Source: Candidatus Poribacteria bacterium (GTDB lineage: Bacteria; Poribacteria; WGA-4E; WGA-3G). Taken from it: a DNA stretch of 64,000 nucleotides. The translations under genes were made by a program, and so were the position numbers. Position 1 is the stretch's first letter. Each line of letters starts with the position of its first letter. Where the stretch lies: positions 1,216,001-1,280,000 of the forward strand of contig OZ240248.1 in NCBI GenBank assembly GCA_965198235.1, read 5' to 3'. Positions 52,688-62,010 of this stretch are shown here, one piece after another. The notes beneath the pieces are model-generated. The model did no database searches and was not told the origin of the DNA. It saw only the letters and a list, made by a program, of their open reading frames with translations.

Positions 52688-53467
52688 CTACCATGTATCT
52701 CGAACGCTCACACCTTCCTCCGCCAGATAGGTTTTGATGTTTTCAATCGTAAATTCGCCGTAGTGTGTGATAGAAGCGACAATAGCGGCATCGGCGTTGC
52801 TTTCAACAAAAACGTCCCGTAGGTGTTGTGGGTTCCCTGCACCACCAGAGGCGATGACCGGCACCGGCACCAGATCAGCGATAGCACCCGTCAATTCGAG
52901 TTCATACCCGGCTTTCGTGCCATCTGCATCGATGCTATTGACGACGATTTCGCCCGCGCCCAAGTCAACTCCACGCGATGACCATTCCAGTGCATCCCAA
53001 CCGACTGGTGTTCTCCCACCGTCTATGAAAATTTCATAGCCACTTGGGATCTGTTCGCTTTTCGGGACCCGCTTCACTTGCATGCTCAGCACGACGCACT
53101 GACTACCGAACGCCCGCGCGCCCTCCGCAATGAGTTCAGGATTCCGCACGGCACCGGAGTCTATGCTTACTTTTTCTGCACCTGCAAGTAGCACACGGCG
53201 CATATCCTCAAGTGTACGCAACCCACCGCCGACAGAAAACGGGATAAAGATTTCAGCGGCGACAGCGGAAACGACATCAATCATTATATCGCGTCGTTCG
53301 TTGCTCGCTGTGATGTCGTAAAAGACGAGTTCATCGGCACCGCCTTCATAATAGAATCGTGCCATCTCAACCGGGTCACCCACATCGACATTGCCCTTGA
53401 AAGCGATGCCTTTGGTAACCTTCCCCGCTCGTACATCTAAACATGGAATTATCCGTTTCGTTAACAT
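52688..53467 (-). CDS. hisF: Imidazole glycerol phosphate synthase subunit HisF
   Basis: [42 protein letters not shown] and IASGGAG motifs. Confidence 0.97.
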   Translation of the reverse strand: MLTKRIIPCLDVRAGKVTKGIAFKGNVDVGDPVEMARFYYEGGADELVFYDITASNERRDIMIDVVSAVAAEIFIPFSVGGGLRTLEDMRRVLLAGAEKVSIDSGAVRNPELIAEGARAFGSQCVVLSMQVKRVPKSEQIPSGYEIFIDGGRTPVGWDALEWSSRGVDLGAGEIVVNSIDADGTKAGYELELTGAIADLVPVPVIASGGAGNPQHLRDVFVESNADAAIVASITHYGEFTIENIKTYLAEEGVSVRDTW

Positions 53468-53569
53468 TTTTTAATTATATATCCTGGACGGCGTTTCGTT
53501 GTCAACGCCGATTTAAAATTGTTAAAAATCCTGCTTTAGACTTGAAATGGTTTTTTAACAATTGGAGGA

Positions 53570-53642
53570 CTGCCCTTTGACCATCAACTCGCCTCCGTTA
53601 TAAATGTTAAGGCACGAGTTGATGGTCAAGACGGAAGGGCAG
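53570..53642. repeat. Long hairpin between murJ and hisF
   Basis: TTGACCATCAACTCG (53577-53591) pairs with CGAGTTGATGGTCAA (53615-53629); outer CTGCCCTT/AAGGGCAG arms. Confidence 0.7.
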
Positions 53643-53657
53643 CTCAGATTCAATAGT

Positions 53658-55298
53658 TTAAAAAAGTCGCTGTTTGAATATATTCAGAATATCGTCAAAT
53701 TCCGAGACCTTCAAAAGTTTATACATTCCCGCGAGTATCAGCAGACTCAATCCGATGGGTGCAAACACCCCGATAATGCGTGGAATAATACCTTCCGTAC
53801 CGAGCCAATCCTTCTCAATGACCCCATTTGTCAGCCAGCAGACGAATCCCATCACCGCTGAAGCGATTAAAATCTTGAGCGTCAACGTGATAAGTGATTG
53901 AAGTCCCAATCGTCCAACCTTCCGGCGGAGCAGTAACAGTAAAGCGGCACAATTTAGTGTTACAGTCAAAACCGTTGAGAATACCACAGCGCGCGGGTCC
54001 AAAAAAAATCCGCGATAGATAAACAGGTAGTTGAGGCAAATATTGAGCACAACGGCACAAATGCCAACGATAACGGGCGCGCGAATATCTTTGTAGGCAT
54101 AGAACCCATCTGTAACAATCTTGACGGTTGAAAACCCGCATAAACCGAAGGCATAGACGAATAAGATCCCTGCTGTTTCGATTGTGTCTTCTTCGAGAGT
54201 TACACCCCATTCGTAAAGCAAACGGCAGATCGGTTCTGACAGCACCATGAGCCCAATTCCAGCCGGAATTGTCAAGGCAAACATTAAGCGAAGGGCATAA
54301 GAAAGCGCGTTGCGGAAATTCTCTGTGTCCCCTGCTGTTACAAGCCTCGCGAGTTGCGGCAGTGCCACCGTTGAAATCGCAACGCCGAATATCCCGATAG
54401 GGAGATGCATGATGCGATACGCCCTACTGATCCAAGTCAACCATCCAGAATCTGAGGTAATAAAGAATGTGTTCGTAAGTAGATTCACCTGCACAGCCGC
54501 GACCCCTAATACAGCGGGTCCGATGAGATGAACAACTTGGAGTACTCTCGGATCTCGCAGACTCAGCAGCGGACGATACTGAAAGCCGACCCGGTACATA
54601 GACGGCACCTGAATTAGGAATTGGACAATACCGCCGACAATTACACCAATAGCCATGCCTGTTACTGGGTGAATTTCTACCAGTGGACACAAATAGTAGC
54701 CGCCTATTCCGATAGCGAGAGAGCTCACGTTAAAGAAGGTGGACGCGCAGGCGGGGATACCAAACCGGCCCTTGCTATTCAATAATCCCATAGCAATTGC
54801 CGCAAATGACACAAAGAGTAGATACGGGAACATCAATTGCGTGAGATAAATTGCCAGTTCAATCTTGCTATCAAATCCAAAATGTTCGATGGTATCTAAA
54901 TTTCTGTCAAAGTTGTCTCGTGCCAACACATCGACAACATCGGGGGCGAAAATGATACCGAGTGCTGTGATACCGATTAAAACGAGGAATGTTAGATTAA
55001 AGATGCGGTTCGTAAGATTCCACGCCGCTTCTTCGCCATCTTCAGCTTCTGTCGAGAGGAATGTGGTAATAAATGCCTTGCTCAAGATGCCTTCGCCGAA
55101 CAAATCGCGTAGAAAGTTCGGGATACGGAAGGCAAGGTAGAAGGTGTCCGCGCTGACTTTTGAAGGGAAGTAATAACCTATTGCCGTTTCGCGGGCAAGA
55201 CCCAATACCCGAGAGACCATCACAGCAATGCTGACAACTCCGGCTGCACGGGTGACCTTTTGATTATCTTGCTCTGTGGATTTCGTTTCGTTTTCCAT
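53658..55298 (-). CDS. murJ: Lipid II flippase MurJ
   Basis: SRVLGLARE, AFRIPNFLRDLFGEG and LPIGIFGVAISTVALP motifs; probable start ATG 55298. Confidence 0.95.
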   Translation of the reverse strand: MENETKSTEQDNQKVTRAAGVVSIAVMVSRVLGLARETAIGYYFPSKVSADTFYLAFRIPNFLRDLFGEGILSKAFITTFLSTEAEDGEEAAWNLTNRIFNLTFLVLIGITALGIIFAPDVVDVLARDNFDRNLDTIEHFGFDSKIELAIYLTQLMFPYLLFVSFAAIAMGLLNSKGRFGIPACASTFFNVSSLAIGIGGYYLCPLVEIHPVTGMAIGVIVGGIVQFLIQVPSMYRVGFQYRPLLSLRDPRVLQVVHLIGPAVLGVAAVQVNLLTNTFFITSDSGWLTWISRAYRIMHLPIGIFGVAISTVALPQLARLVTAGDTENFRNALSYALRLMFALTIPAGIGLMVLSEPICRLLYEWGVTLEEDTIETAGILFVYAFGLCGFSTVKIVTDGFYAYKDIRAPVIVGICAVVLNICLNYLFIYRGFFLDPRAVVFSTVLTVTLNCAALLLLLRRKVGRLGLQSLITLTLKILIASAVMGFVCWLTNGVIEKDWLGTEGIIPRIIGVFAPIGLSLLILAGMYKLLKVSEFDDILNIFKQRLF

Positions 55299-55346
55299 TT
55301 CGGTGAAATTTACTGTTGTAAAATTTCGGACAGGTTTCCGTTCAAA

Positions 55347-55402
55347 TTTGACTCTCAACGCGGCTACAACCCTTTTCAAACAGTGGCGCGTTGAGAGTCA
55401 AA
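55347..55402. repeat. 16-bp perfect inverted repeat upstream of murJ
   Basis: TTTGACTCTCAACGCG-24 nt-CGCGTTGAGAGTCAAA. Confidence 0.75.
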
Positions 55403-55410
55403 ACTCTTCC

Positions 55411-55439
55411 TTGACATCGCTTGCAATTCGGTGTAAATT
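55411..55439 (+). promoter_or_regulatory. Promoter of the DUF2203 gene
   Basis: TTGACA-17 nt-TAAATT. Confidence 0.55.
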
Positions 55440-55501
55440 TTAGAGCAGTGCCAGCATAAATTTAATACACGTTCTCGCTACGAACATAAGGAGACTTAAA
55501 G

Positions 55502-55882
55502 ATGCAGGAAAAGCGATATTTTACGCTTGAAGAAGCAAATCAATGCATCCCCGAATTAGTTGATGAAATTTCACTGTTAAGAGCAATAAGAGCCCAACTC
55601 GCAGGGCTCCACGCAGAAATTACGCCACTCCTGGAGGTGGTTTCCTCCAACGGTGGCAGTAAGCGGACACCCGCATTGCTCAACGCAACTGAACGTTTTC
55701 AGGAAATTCTGGATCGGATTGAGGCACGCGGGTGTCATCTGAAAGGGCTTGACCCAGGATTAGTCGATTTCCCACACCTCCGCAACGGCAAAGAGGTCTA
55801 CCTCTGTTGGCGAATGGGTGAAAAGAAGATCCGCTACTGGCATGAAATTGAGGACGGATTTGAGGGACGGCAGTCGTTGTAG
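55502..55882 (+). CDS. DUF2203 family protein
   Basis: YFTLEEAN, GLVDFP, EVYLCWRMGE and WHEIEDGFEGRQ motifs; AAGGAG RBS. Confidence 0.88.
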   Translation: MQEKRYFTLEEANQCIPELVDEISLLRAIRAQLAGLHAEITPLLEVVSSNGGSKRTPALLNATERFQEILDRIEARGCHLKGLDPGLVDFPHLRNGKEVYLCWRMGEKKIRYWHEIEDGFEGRQSL

Positions 55883-55891
55883 TCAGCGCAA

Positions 55892-56674
55892 TTACGCCTT
55901 AAAAAAATGGTTCGTCGGACCGTGTCCGTGTCCGATATCCAAAGCGTGCTGGATGGCACCCGTGATATACGCCTTTGCCGTATTGATAGCATCGCTCAAA
56001 TCTTTACCGTGTGCGAGTTGTGTCGCGATTGCCGCCGAGTAGGTGCAACCTGTGCCGTGCGTGTTTTCTGTCTCGACCCGTCCCGCCTCAAAAAAAGTCC
56101 ATTGACCATCGCAGTAAAGCACATCGGTTGCCTTGTTTCCAATGAGATGTCCACCTTTGACGAGGACAGCGTGACAACCGAGTTCCGCGATCGCTTTTGC
56201 GGCATTTTTTGCATCGTCTGTGTTTCGGATGTCCTGTTGCGCGAGGAGTTCTGCCTCGTAAACGTTGGGCGTGATCACTGTCGCAAGCGGAATCAACGCT
56301 GTTTTGAGGCTATCAATTGCCGCCTCTTTTAACAGTGGAAATTTGCTTTTGGAGATCATCACTGGATCTACAACAATGGCTGGGGGTGTGTATTCCCTCA
56401 ATTTCCCCGCAACCGCCTCGACAATCGCTGGCGAGGAGAGCATCCCCGTTTTAACGCTGGCAACCTCAAAATCTGTGAAAACAGCGTCTAACTGCGCTGC
56501 AATCAGTGAAATAGGCAAGTCAAAAGCGTCTGTGACAGCGACCGTGTTCTGTGCTGTAACGGAGGTAATCGCTGACATAGCGAAGCCACCATTAGCCGAG
56601 ATCGCCTTGATGTCCGCCTGTATGCCGGCACCCCCGCCTGAATCTGAGCCTGCAATCGTTAAAATCTGTTTCAT
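55892..56674 (-). CDS. thiD: Hydroxymethylpyrimidine/phosphomethylpyrimidine kinase
   Basis: LTIAGSDSGGGAGIQADIK, VVDPVM, LVKGGH and HGTGCT motifs. Confidence 0.97.
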   Translation of the reverse strand: MKQILTIAGSDSGGGAGIQADIKAISANGGFAMSAITSVTAQNTVAVTDAFDLPISLIAAQLDAVFTDFEVASVKTGMLSSPAIVEAVAGKLREYTPPAIVVDPVMISKSKFPLLKEAAIDSLKTALIPLATVITPNVYEAELLAQQDIRNTDDAKNAAKAIAELGCHAVLVKGGHLIGNKATDVLYCDGQWTFFEAGRVETENTHGTGCTYSAAIATQLAHGKDLSDAINTAKAYITGAIQHALDIGHGHGPTNHFFKA

Positions 56675-56886
56675 TTTTTAAACTATTAGCTCCTGGACGC
56701 TGCGCCATTACATTTCGCAGCGGTTTCTGGTTAAATCCAACGGGGTTACAGCGAAATCACGTTCTCTTTCCAGGAACCATCGTGAAACGTTTTTTTACGA
56801 TTGACCTTCGCGCTCCCCTCCATTCCATTACGGGCAGGTTTTAGATGAATTCAGTTACGTTCATCAAAAACCATCGTGGAATGAAA

Positions 56887-57555
56887 TTAGGTTTCCTTAA
56901 ATGGCATAATTTTGCTTCGCAGCGAGAATGCTTTACATTTGGAACGATGCGCGAGGGCCAAAGAATTTAAAAAACGTTTTGCTTGTATGCCTGCACCTTT
57001 GGGTGACATAACACCTGACATGACAGCCACCCCGAAGGCTCCCGCGGTTAAACATTCCGGTACGCGTGCGGGTGTGATGCCTCCCAATGCGAAGACTGGC
57101 AGTTTCACGCCTTCGACCACCTCAGCGAGGCTCGCTGTGCCGACAGCGGGACCGTATCCGGGTTTGCTTGCTGTCCGGTAGATAGGACTGTAGGTCACGA
57201 AATCAGCACCTTCTGCTTCCCGTTTTTTTGCCGCATCAAAATAGTGCACTGAGCACCCAATATAGAAATTATCGCCTGTTTCTGCCTTTACGGAATCTAC
57301 GGGTTCTGCATTCGCTGGAAGATGAACCCCCGCAGCACCGACATCACTGGCAACACACGTATGTGTATTGATAAAAAGATTTGCTTCGTAATTGTGACAC
57401 AACGCTGCAATCGGTTGTGCCAATTTAATCAACTCAGTGTCGCTTAAATCTTTCTCACGTAATTGGAAAGCGGTGACTCCGGCATCCAGCAACTCCGAAA
57501 CAACATCGACTAATGGAGTGGGCGCACATTGGTGTCTATCAGTAATGGCGTACAA
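56887..57555 (-). CDS. thiE: Thiamine phosphate synthase (ThiE/TenI family)
   Basis: YAITDR, QLREKD, GVHL, GCSVH, TASKPG and PVFALGGI motifs; start may lie a few codons upstream. Confidence 0.85.
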   Translation of the reverse strand: MYAITDRHQCAPTPLVDVVSELLDAGVTAFQLREKDLSDTELIKLAQPIAALCHNYEANLFINTHTCVASDVGAAGVHLPANAEPVDSVKAETGDNFYIGCSVHYFDAAKKREAEGADFVTYSPIYRTASKPGYGPAVGTASLAEVVEGVKLPVFALGGITPARVPECLTAGAFGVAVMSGVMSPKGAGIQAKRFLNSLALAHRSKCKAFSLRSKIMPFKET

Positions 57556-57759
57556 CCTAAAATCAACTCTTTTAATTTTCCTTGCGGTTCGGTAAGGCGG
57601 GTTTAGATACTGACGTGCCTTTCCGTAGATCCGCCCTCCATTTCATTACAGGCTACGGTTTTGACTGATGCTCTAAAGGAAACCCATCTTTTAATTTACC
57701 TGTATCAGTTAGGAAGTTGCGAAGTTGGAAAATTCTAACTTCCTAACTTTCGCACACTT

Positions 57760-59151
57760 CTAAACTTCTTTTCGGAGACGTGCCGCGAATGTTCCGTCAA
57801 CCCCGTGTTCATGTGGAAATGTCTGGACAAAGCCTTGTGATGTTATTGCACTCGGCGGAACATCGGGCAGGAAACGTCGTGCGTTTTCTATCGTATACAT
57901 CGGAAAGTCTGCCAAAAATCGCTGGATGACTTCCTCGTTTTCCATCGGTTCTACGCTACACGTACTGTAGACGAGAATACCCCCCGGTTTGATATGTGCT
58001 GCTGCGTTCTTCAGTAGATTATATTGTAGCTCGCTGAGGGCGCGAACCTGTTCGAGTGTTTTGTTCCATCGGATGTCAGGATGCCGCCGAAGCGTTCCGA
58101 ATCCTGAACAAGGGGCATCGATAAGCACGGCATCCGCTGTTTTGATAAACTCGAGGTCGGTTTTCGTCGCGTTCATTACGCGGGTCTCAACGTTGTGCGC
58201 ATCGACGCGCCGGCAGTTTTTTTGCAACAATGCTATTTTTTCTGCTGAGGCATCCACGGCGATAATTTTTCCGGTATTCCTCATGAGGTGTGCCAAATGC
58301 GTCGTCTTGCCACCCGGCGCGGCACACAGGTCTACTATGAATTCCGCGTCCTCCGGTGAGAGTAAATGTGCCACTAACATGGCACTCTCGTCTTGGACAT
58401 AGATGTCATTTCTGTTAAGGATATCCTTCAATTGCATCGCAGTGGAATTTTGCTCAGCAGCGTCGAAAGTGGTAATTGTGCGGTTTTCGAGTACTATCCC
58501 ATCGGGTGCAATTTTGGAATGGGATGCGGGTAAGCCTTTCATTTCCAAAGATTGGCAAACTTCTTCGCGTTGTGTCAGGAGGGTGTTTACACGGAACGCA
58601 AGCGGTGCGATTTGGTTGCTCGCGCGGCAAAACGCCAGCGTCCACGAAACGCCGCGTGTTTGAAGCCATTGCTTTACTAACCACGTTGGGTAGGACAGCG
58701 AAAACGCAATATGTTCAGTCGGGTTTGCATCGAGTGGTGGATAGGCGACTGTTACGCCTTCACGTTGGATAGAGCGGAGCACTGCATTGATAAACCCCGC
58801 GGTCTTTCGTCCACGTGAGGATTTGCGTGGATCGGAAGTAGCAAGCTGAACGGTTTCAAAAATCGCTGCGTGGGCAGGTATCCCATCGAGGTGTAGCAGT
58901 TGGAACGCGCCAAGCCGTAGGATATTACGATGCCTCGCGTCTAACTGAAATTTGGGATTGATAAACTGATTGAGCACCCAGTCGAGTTGCTTCTGCCACC
59001 GAATAACGCCGTAGACGAGCCCATTTACCAATCGGCGTTCGCGCCCGTCAATTGCGTACCGTCCAAAAGCACTGTCGACAACGGATGATATTGACGCGCT
59101 GCTGTGCGAGAGGGTCAACAGACATTCTAAGGCGACTATGCGCGCGTTCAT
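57760..59151 (-). CDS. rsmB: 16S rRNA m5C967 methyltransferase RsmB
   Basis: NusB-like N-terminus (GFINAVLR), VQDESA, DLCAAPGGKT, DAPCSGFG and YSTCS motifs. Confidence 0.95.
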   Translation of the reverse strand: MNARIVALECLLTLSHSSASISSVVDSAFGRYAIDGRERRLVNGLVYGVIRWQKQLDWVLNQFINPKFQLDARHRNILRLGAFQLLHLDGIPAHAAIFETVQLATSDPRKSSRGRKTAGFINAVLRSIQREGVTVAYPPLDANPTEHIAFSLSYPTWLVKQWLQTRGVSWTLAFCRASNQIAPLAFRVNTLLTQREEVCQSLEMKGLPASHSKIAPDGIVLENRTITTFDAAEQNSTAMQLKDILNRNDIYVQDESAMLVAHLLSPEDAEFIVDLCAAPGGKTTHLAHLMRNTGKIIAVDASAEKIALLQKNCRRVDAHNVETRVMNATKTDLEFIKTADAVLIDAPCSGFGTLRRHPDIRWNKTLEQVRALSELQYNLLKNAAAHIKPGGILVYSTCSVEPMENEEVIQRFLADFPMYTIENARRFLPDVPPSAITSQGFVQTFPHEHGVDGTFAARLRKEV

Positions 59152-59245
59152 ATCTCGCGATAACGCGAGGTTTCGGATTCACTGTTCCGATGCCTCGCGA
59201 GCCTCCTTTGTTTTGACAGCAATTCGTCTAATAGTAAAGTCAAAA

Positions 59246-59518
59246 TTACGCTGCTTCCGCAGTGAGGACATTCAATTTGCGGGTGAGTCGGGACTTTTGA
59301 CGGTTCGCTGTCCCTTTTTTGATAACACCTTTACCAGCAGCTCTATCTAAGAGGCTTCCCATGGTTCGGCACAATTCCTGTGCTGTTTCGATGTCCCCTT
59401 CCGCAAGGGCTGTTTCTGTCTGTTTCATCACTGTCCGAAGCATTGATTTACGGTGTCGATTGCGTGTCCGCTTTGTTTTGTCAGCACGTGCATGTTTCTT
59501 TGCAGATTGTCGATGCAA
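59246..59518 (-). CDS. rpsT: 30S ribosomal protein S20
   Basis: SAKK..R..N...KSMLRT..K and LDRAAGKGVIKK.TANRQKSRL patterns; AAGGGAG RBS before TTG. Confidence 0.93.
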   Translation of the reverse strand: MHRQSAKKHARADKTKRTRNRHRKSMLRTVMKQTETALAEGDIETAQELCRTMGSLLDRAAGKGVIKKGTANRQKSRLTRKLNVLTAEAA

Positions 59519-59865
59519 AACGAATACTCCCTTATTGGTTGTCAGTTTTAATAGTTATCGGCTTTCGGCGGTCAGTAAAGAGGTTCTCTGATAAATCAGG
59601 GTCCTCTTGCTGACCCCTGACAGCCAATATAAATGTGTGTACTTAATGATACCACAAAATATCGGGTTTGTCCATATTTTTTTTCTGAAATCCTAAGCCA
59701 TTTAGCCGCTGCAATAGTAGCCGCTCAATAGTGATCTCTCTTCTGTAGGCCCGAGTTCCTGATCGCGACTCTCAGTCTCCAAAAGCGGAATCGTTCTGGA
59801 ATGGACGCGTTTCTATTTGATTTCTCTCCACAAAGGCGGTAAAATATATATCAAAGGAGAATGCT

Positions 59866-61641
59866 TTGATGAAATTACCGTCCCTTCTACTGATTTTCAC
59901 GATTGGCATCGGATTTTGCACCGCTCTGGCGGCACCCCAAGATACCATTGACACACCTCCCTGGCAACCTACAGGACAATACATACATCCCGATATTCGA
60001 GAGAGCTCCGGCATCGTCGCAAGTCGACAGTTTGAAGGTGTCTATTGGACCCTCAACGACTCTGGGAACCCCGCAGCACTGTACGCCACAAAACTCAATG
60101 GCGAATTAATCCAAGAGGTCGCAGTACGCGGTTCCGGGAACTTCGATTGGGAGGCACTCGGTATTGACAACAAAAATCAACTCTGGATCGGTGAAATTGG
60201 TAATAACAGCAGGTTGCGATTCGATCTGAAGATCGTTGTCGTTGCAGAGCCAGATCCGTTCACTGAGACGGAAACGGAGGTCATCGCAAGTTATCCGTAT
60301 CGATACCCCAATGAAAATGTAGATGCCGAAGGACTTTTTGTTGTGGAAGATATCCCCTATATCGTCTCTAAAGAGCGAGAACGCGCCGTGCTTTACCGTT
60401 TCCCTTCACTGCAAGCGGATACAAAACAGGTATTAGAGAGCGTTGGTGAATTCACCGGAGCAAAGTTTGCGACAGGTGCCGGGGTGTCAGAGGACGGAAC
60501 TTGCCTTGCCCTCTGTACTTACGACGCACTCTGGGTATATCACGGCACAGCGGGTGATTTAGCACAGATGATTCAGAGCACACCATGGCACTTACCTCAC
60601 AGTTTCTATGGGGAAGCAGTCTGTTTTGATGGCTATGATCTCGTCTTAACCAATGAGGCACGAGACATCTTCTACCTCCCACAATTTTGGTATGAGAAGG
60701 AGTGGACATTACCACCCCAGGACACCCACTCGGCTATTGACCTATTGCCTGAGACAACAACACACGGCATAGCGGTTCAAACAGGAAGCTACCGAGCGGA
60801 GGGCATTGATATTGGTGGAAGTTATGTCACTTTCACGCCGGAAACTGTAGGGAAGACAGGATACCTGACCGTTCCGATTGAAGTGCCTTACAGAGATGTT
60901 TATGAAATTCGTGCTATTTTAACGCGTGGACGGGAGTATGCGCGCGTCCAATTGTCTGTAGACGACACAATGGTCGGAGCCCCTTACGATTGCTATTCTT
61001 CTGAGCCGATAGCTGGGACGCTGGTTTCATTTGGGACTGCCCCTTTGAATGCCGGTGAAAATCAGCTTGTGTTCAGTATTGTCGGAAAAGCCTCCGAAGC
61101 CACAGACTATAAAGTTGGTATGGATTCCTATCAAGTATTAAACGCTTCTCCTTATGTGGAACGCTACGCGGTTTTAGGTCCGTTTCCCAAAACAGATGTT
61201 GCTACGGTTGATGAATTGCTGCGGTCTGGCAGTCGATTGGACTTGGAGAAAACTTACATAGGTGTTGATGGCAAAGTCGTCCACTGGCAGGAAGCAACTT
61301 CAAGGGAGGACGGTTATCTCGATTTACGCAAAGACCTCAGTCCTACCCCAATGACTGTCGGGTACACGTTGGTATACGTCCACGCGCCGAAGACGACCGA
61401 TTCTGTAATGTTGATTGGAAGCGATGACGAAATCGCTATTTGGTTAAACGGAACTGAAATTCACCGGAAGCGTATCGACGCTGGAGCAACGGCGGATGCA
61501 GATGCGATTTCGTGTCAACTGAAAGCAGGATGGAACACGGTTCTGTGCCAAAAAGTCGATCTTGGCTGGTCGTGGGGACTCTATTTGCGATTCACGGACG
61601 CAGATGGAATTCTCAAATATGCCACCCAACTAACAGACTAA
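59866..61641 (+). CDS. Secreted multidomain protein (beta-propeller-like N-terminus plus two carbohydrate-binding-like beta-sandwiches)
   Basis: Signal peptide; ESSG..WTLNDSG..DWEAL..IGEIGNN..DAEG; C-terminal VLGPF..IGSDD..IWLNG..LKAGWN. Confidence 0.72.
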   Translation: MMKLPSLLLIFTIGIGFCTALAAPQDTIDTPPWQPTGQYIHPDIRESSGIVASRQFEGVYWTLNDSGNPAALYATKLNGELIQEVAVRGSGNFDWEALGIDNKNQLWIGEIGNNSRLRFDLKIVVVAEPDPFTETETEVIASYPYRYPNENVDAEGLFVVEDIPYIVSKERERAVLYRFPSLQADTKQVLESVGEFTGAKFATGAGVSEDGTCLALCTYDALWVYHGTAGDLAQMIQSTPWHLPHSFYGEAVCFDGYDLVLTNEARDIFYLPQFWYEKEWTLPPQDTHSAIDLLPETTTHGIAVQTGSYRAEGIDIGGSYVTFTPETVGKTGYLTVPIEVPYRDVYEIRAILTRGREYARVQLSVDDTMVGAPYDCYSSEPIAGTLVSFGTAPLNAGENQLVFSIVGKASEATDYKVGMDSYQVLNASPYVERYAVLGPFPKTDVATVDELLRSGSRLDLEKTYIGVDGKVVHWQEATSREDGYLDLRKDLSPTPMTVGYTLVYVHAPKTTDSVMLIGSDDEIAIWLNGTEIHRKRIDAGATADADAISCQLKAGWNTVLCQKVDLGWSWGLYLRFTDADGILKYATQLTD

Positions 61642-62010
61642 AAAGCGACATTTCATTAGGGTTTAACTCCACTATTCCTTTCTGATATAGTTTTCAACCT
61701 CCCTTGAGTCTACCAACCCCTTTCTTTAAATTTCCTATCTATAGAAGAGGGTGTTGCGTAACTGTGGTGAATTATCAAAATATGTGGGCATTCACCAATA
61801 GCAGCATCGTTCTTGAAGGTTCCAAAGTCCCCCTGATAAGGGGGATTTAGGGGGTTTCTTGCAACCCGAAATCATCAGAAATCATTATTAAGGTGATACC
61901 CTCCTGTAGAAAACTAAACCATCCCACCTGTACCCATTTTCATTAATTCAACGTTAAGCGTTGTAGATACATATATCACTAACTTCAAAAATAGCAATGG
62001 GGTATATCCG

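Noticed and set aside
56675-57760. TPP riboswitch near thiE/thiD
   Set aside because: No recognisable TPP aptamer core; intergenic segments consist of repeat elements.
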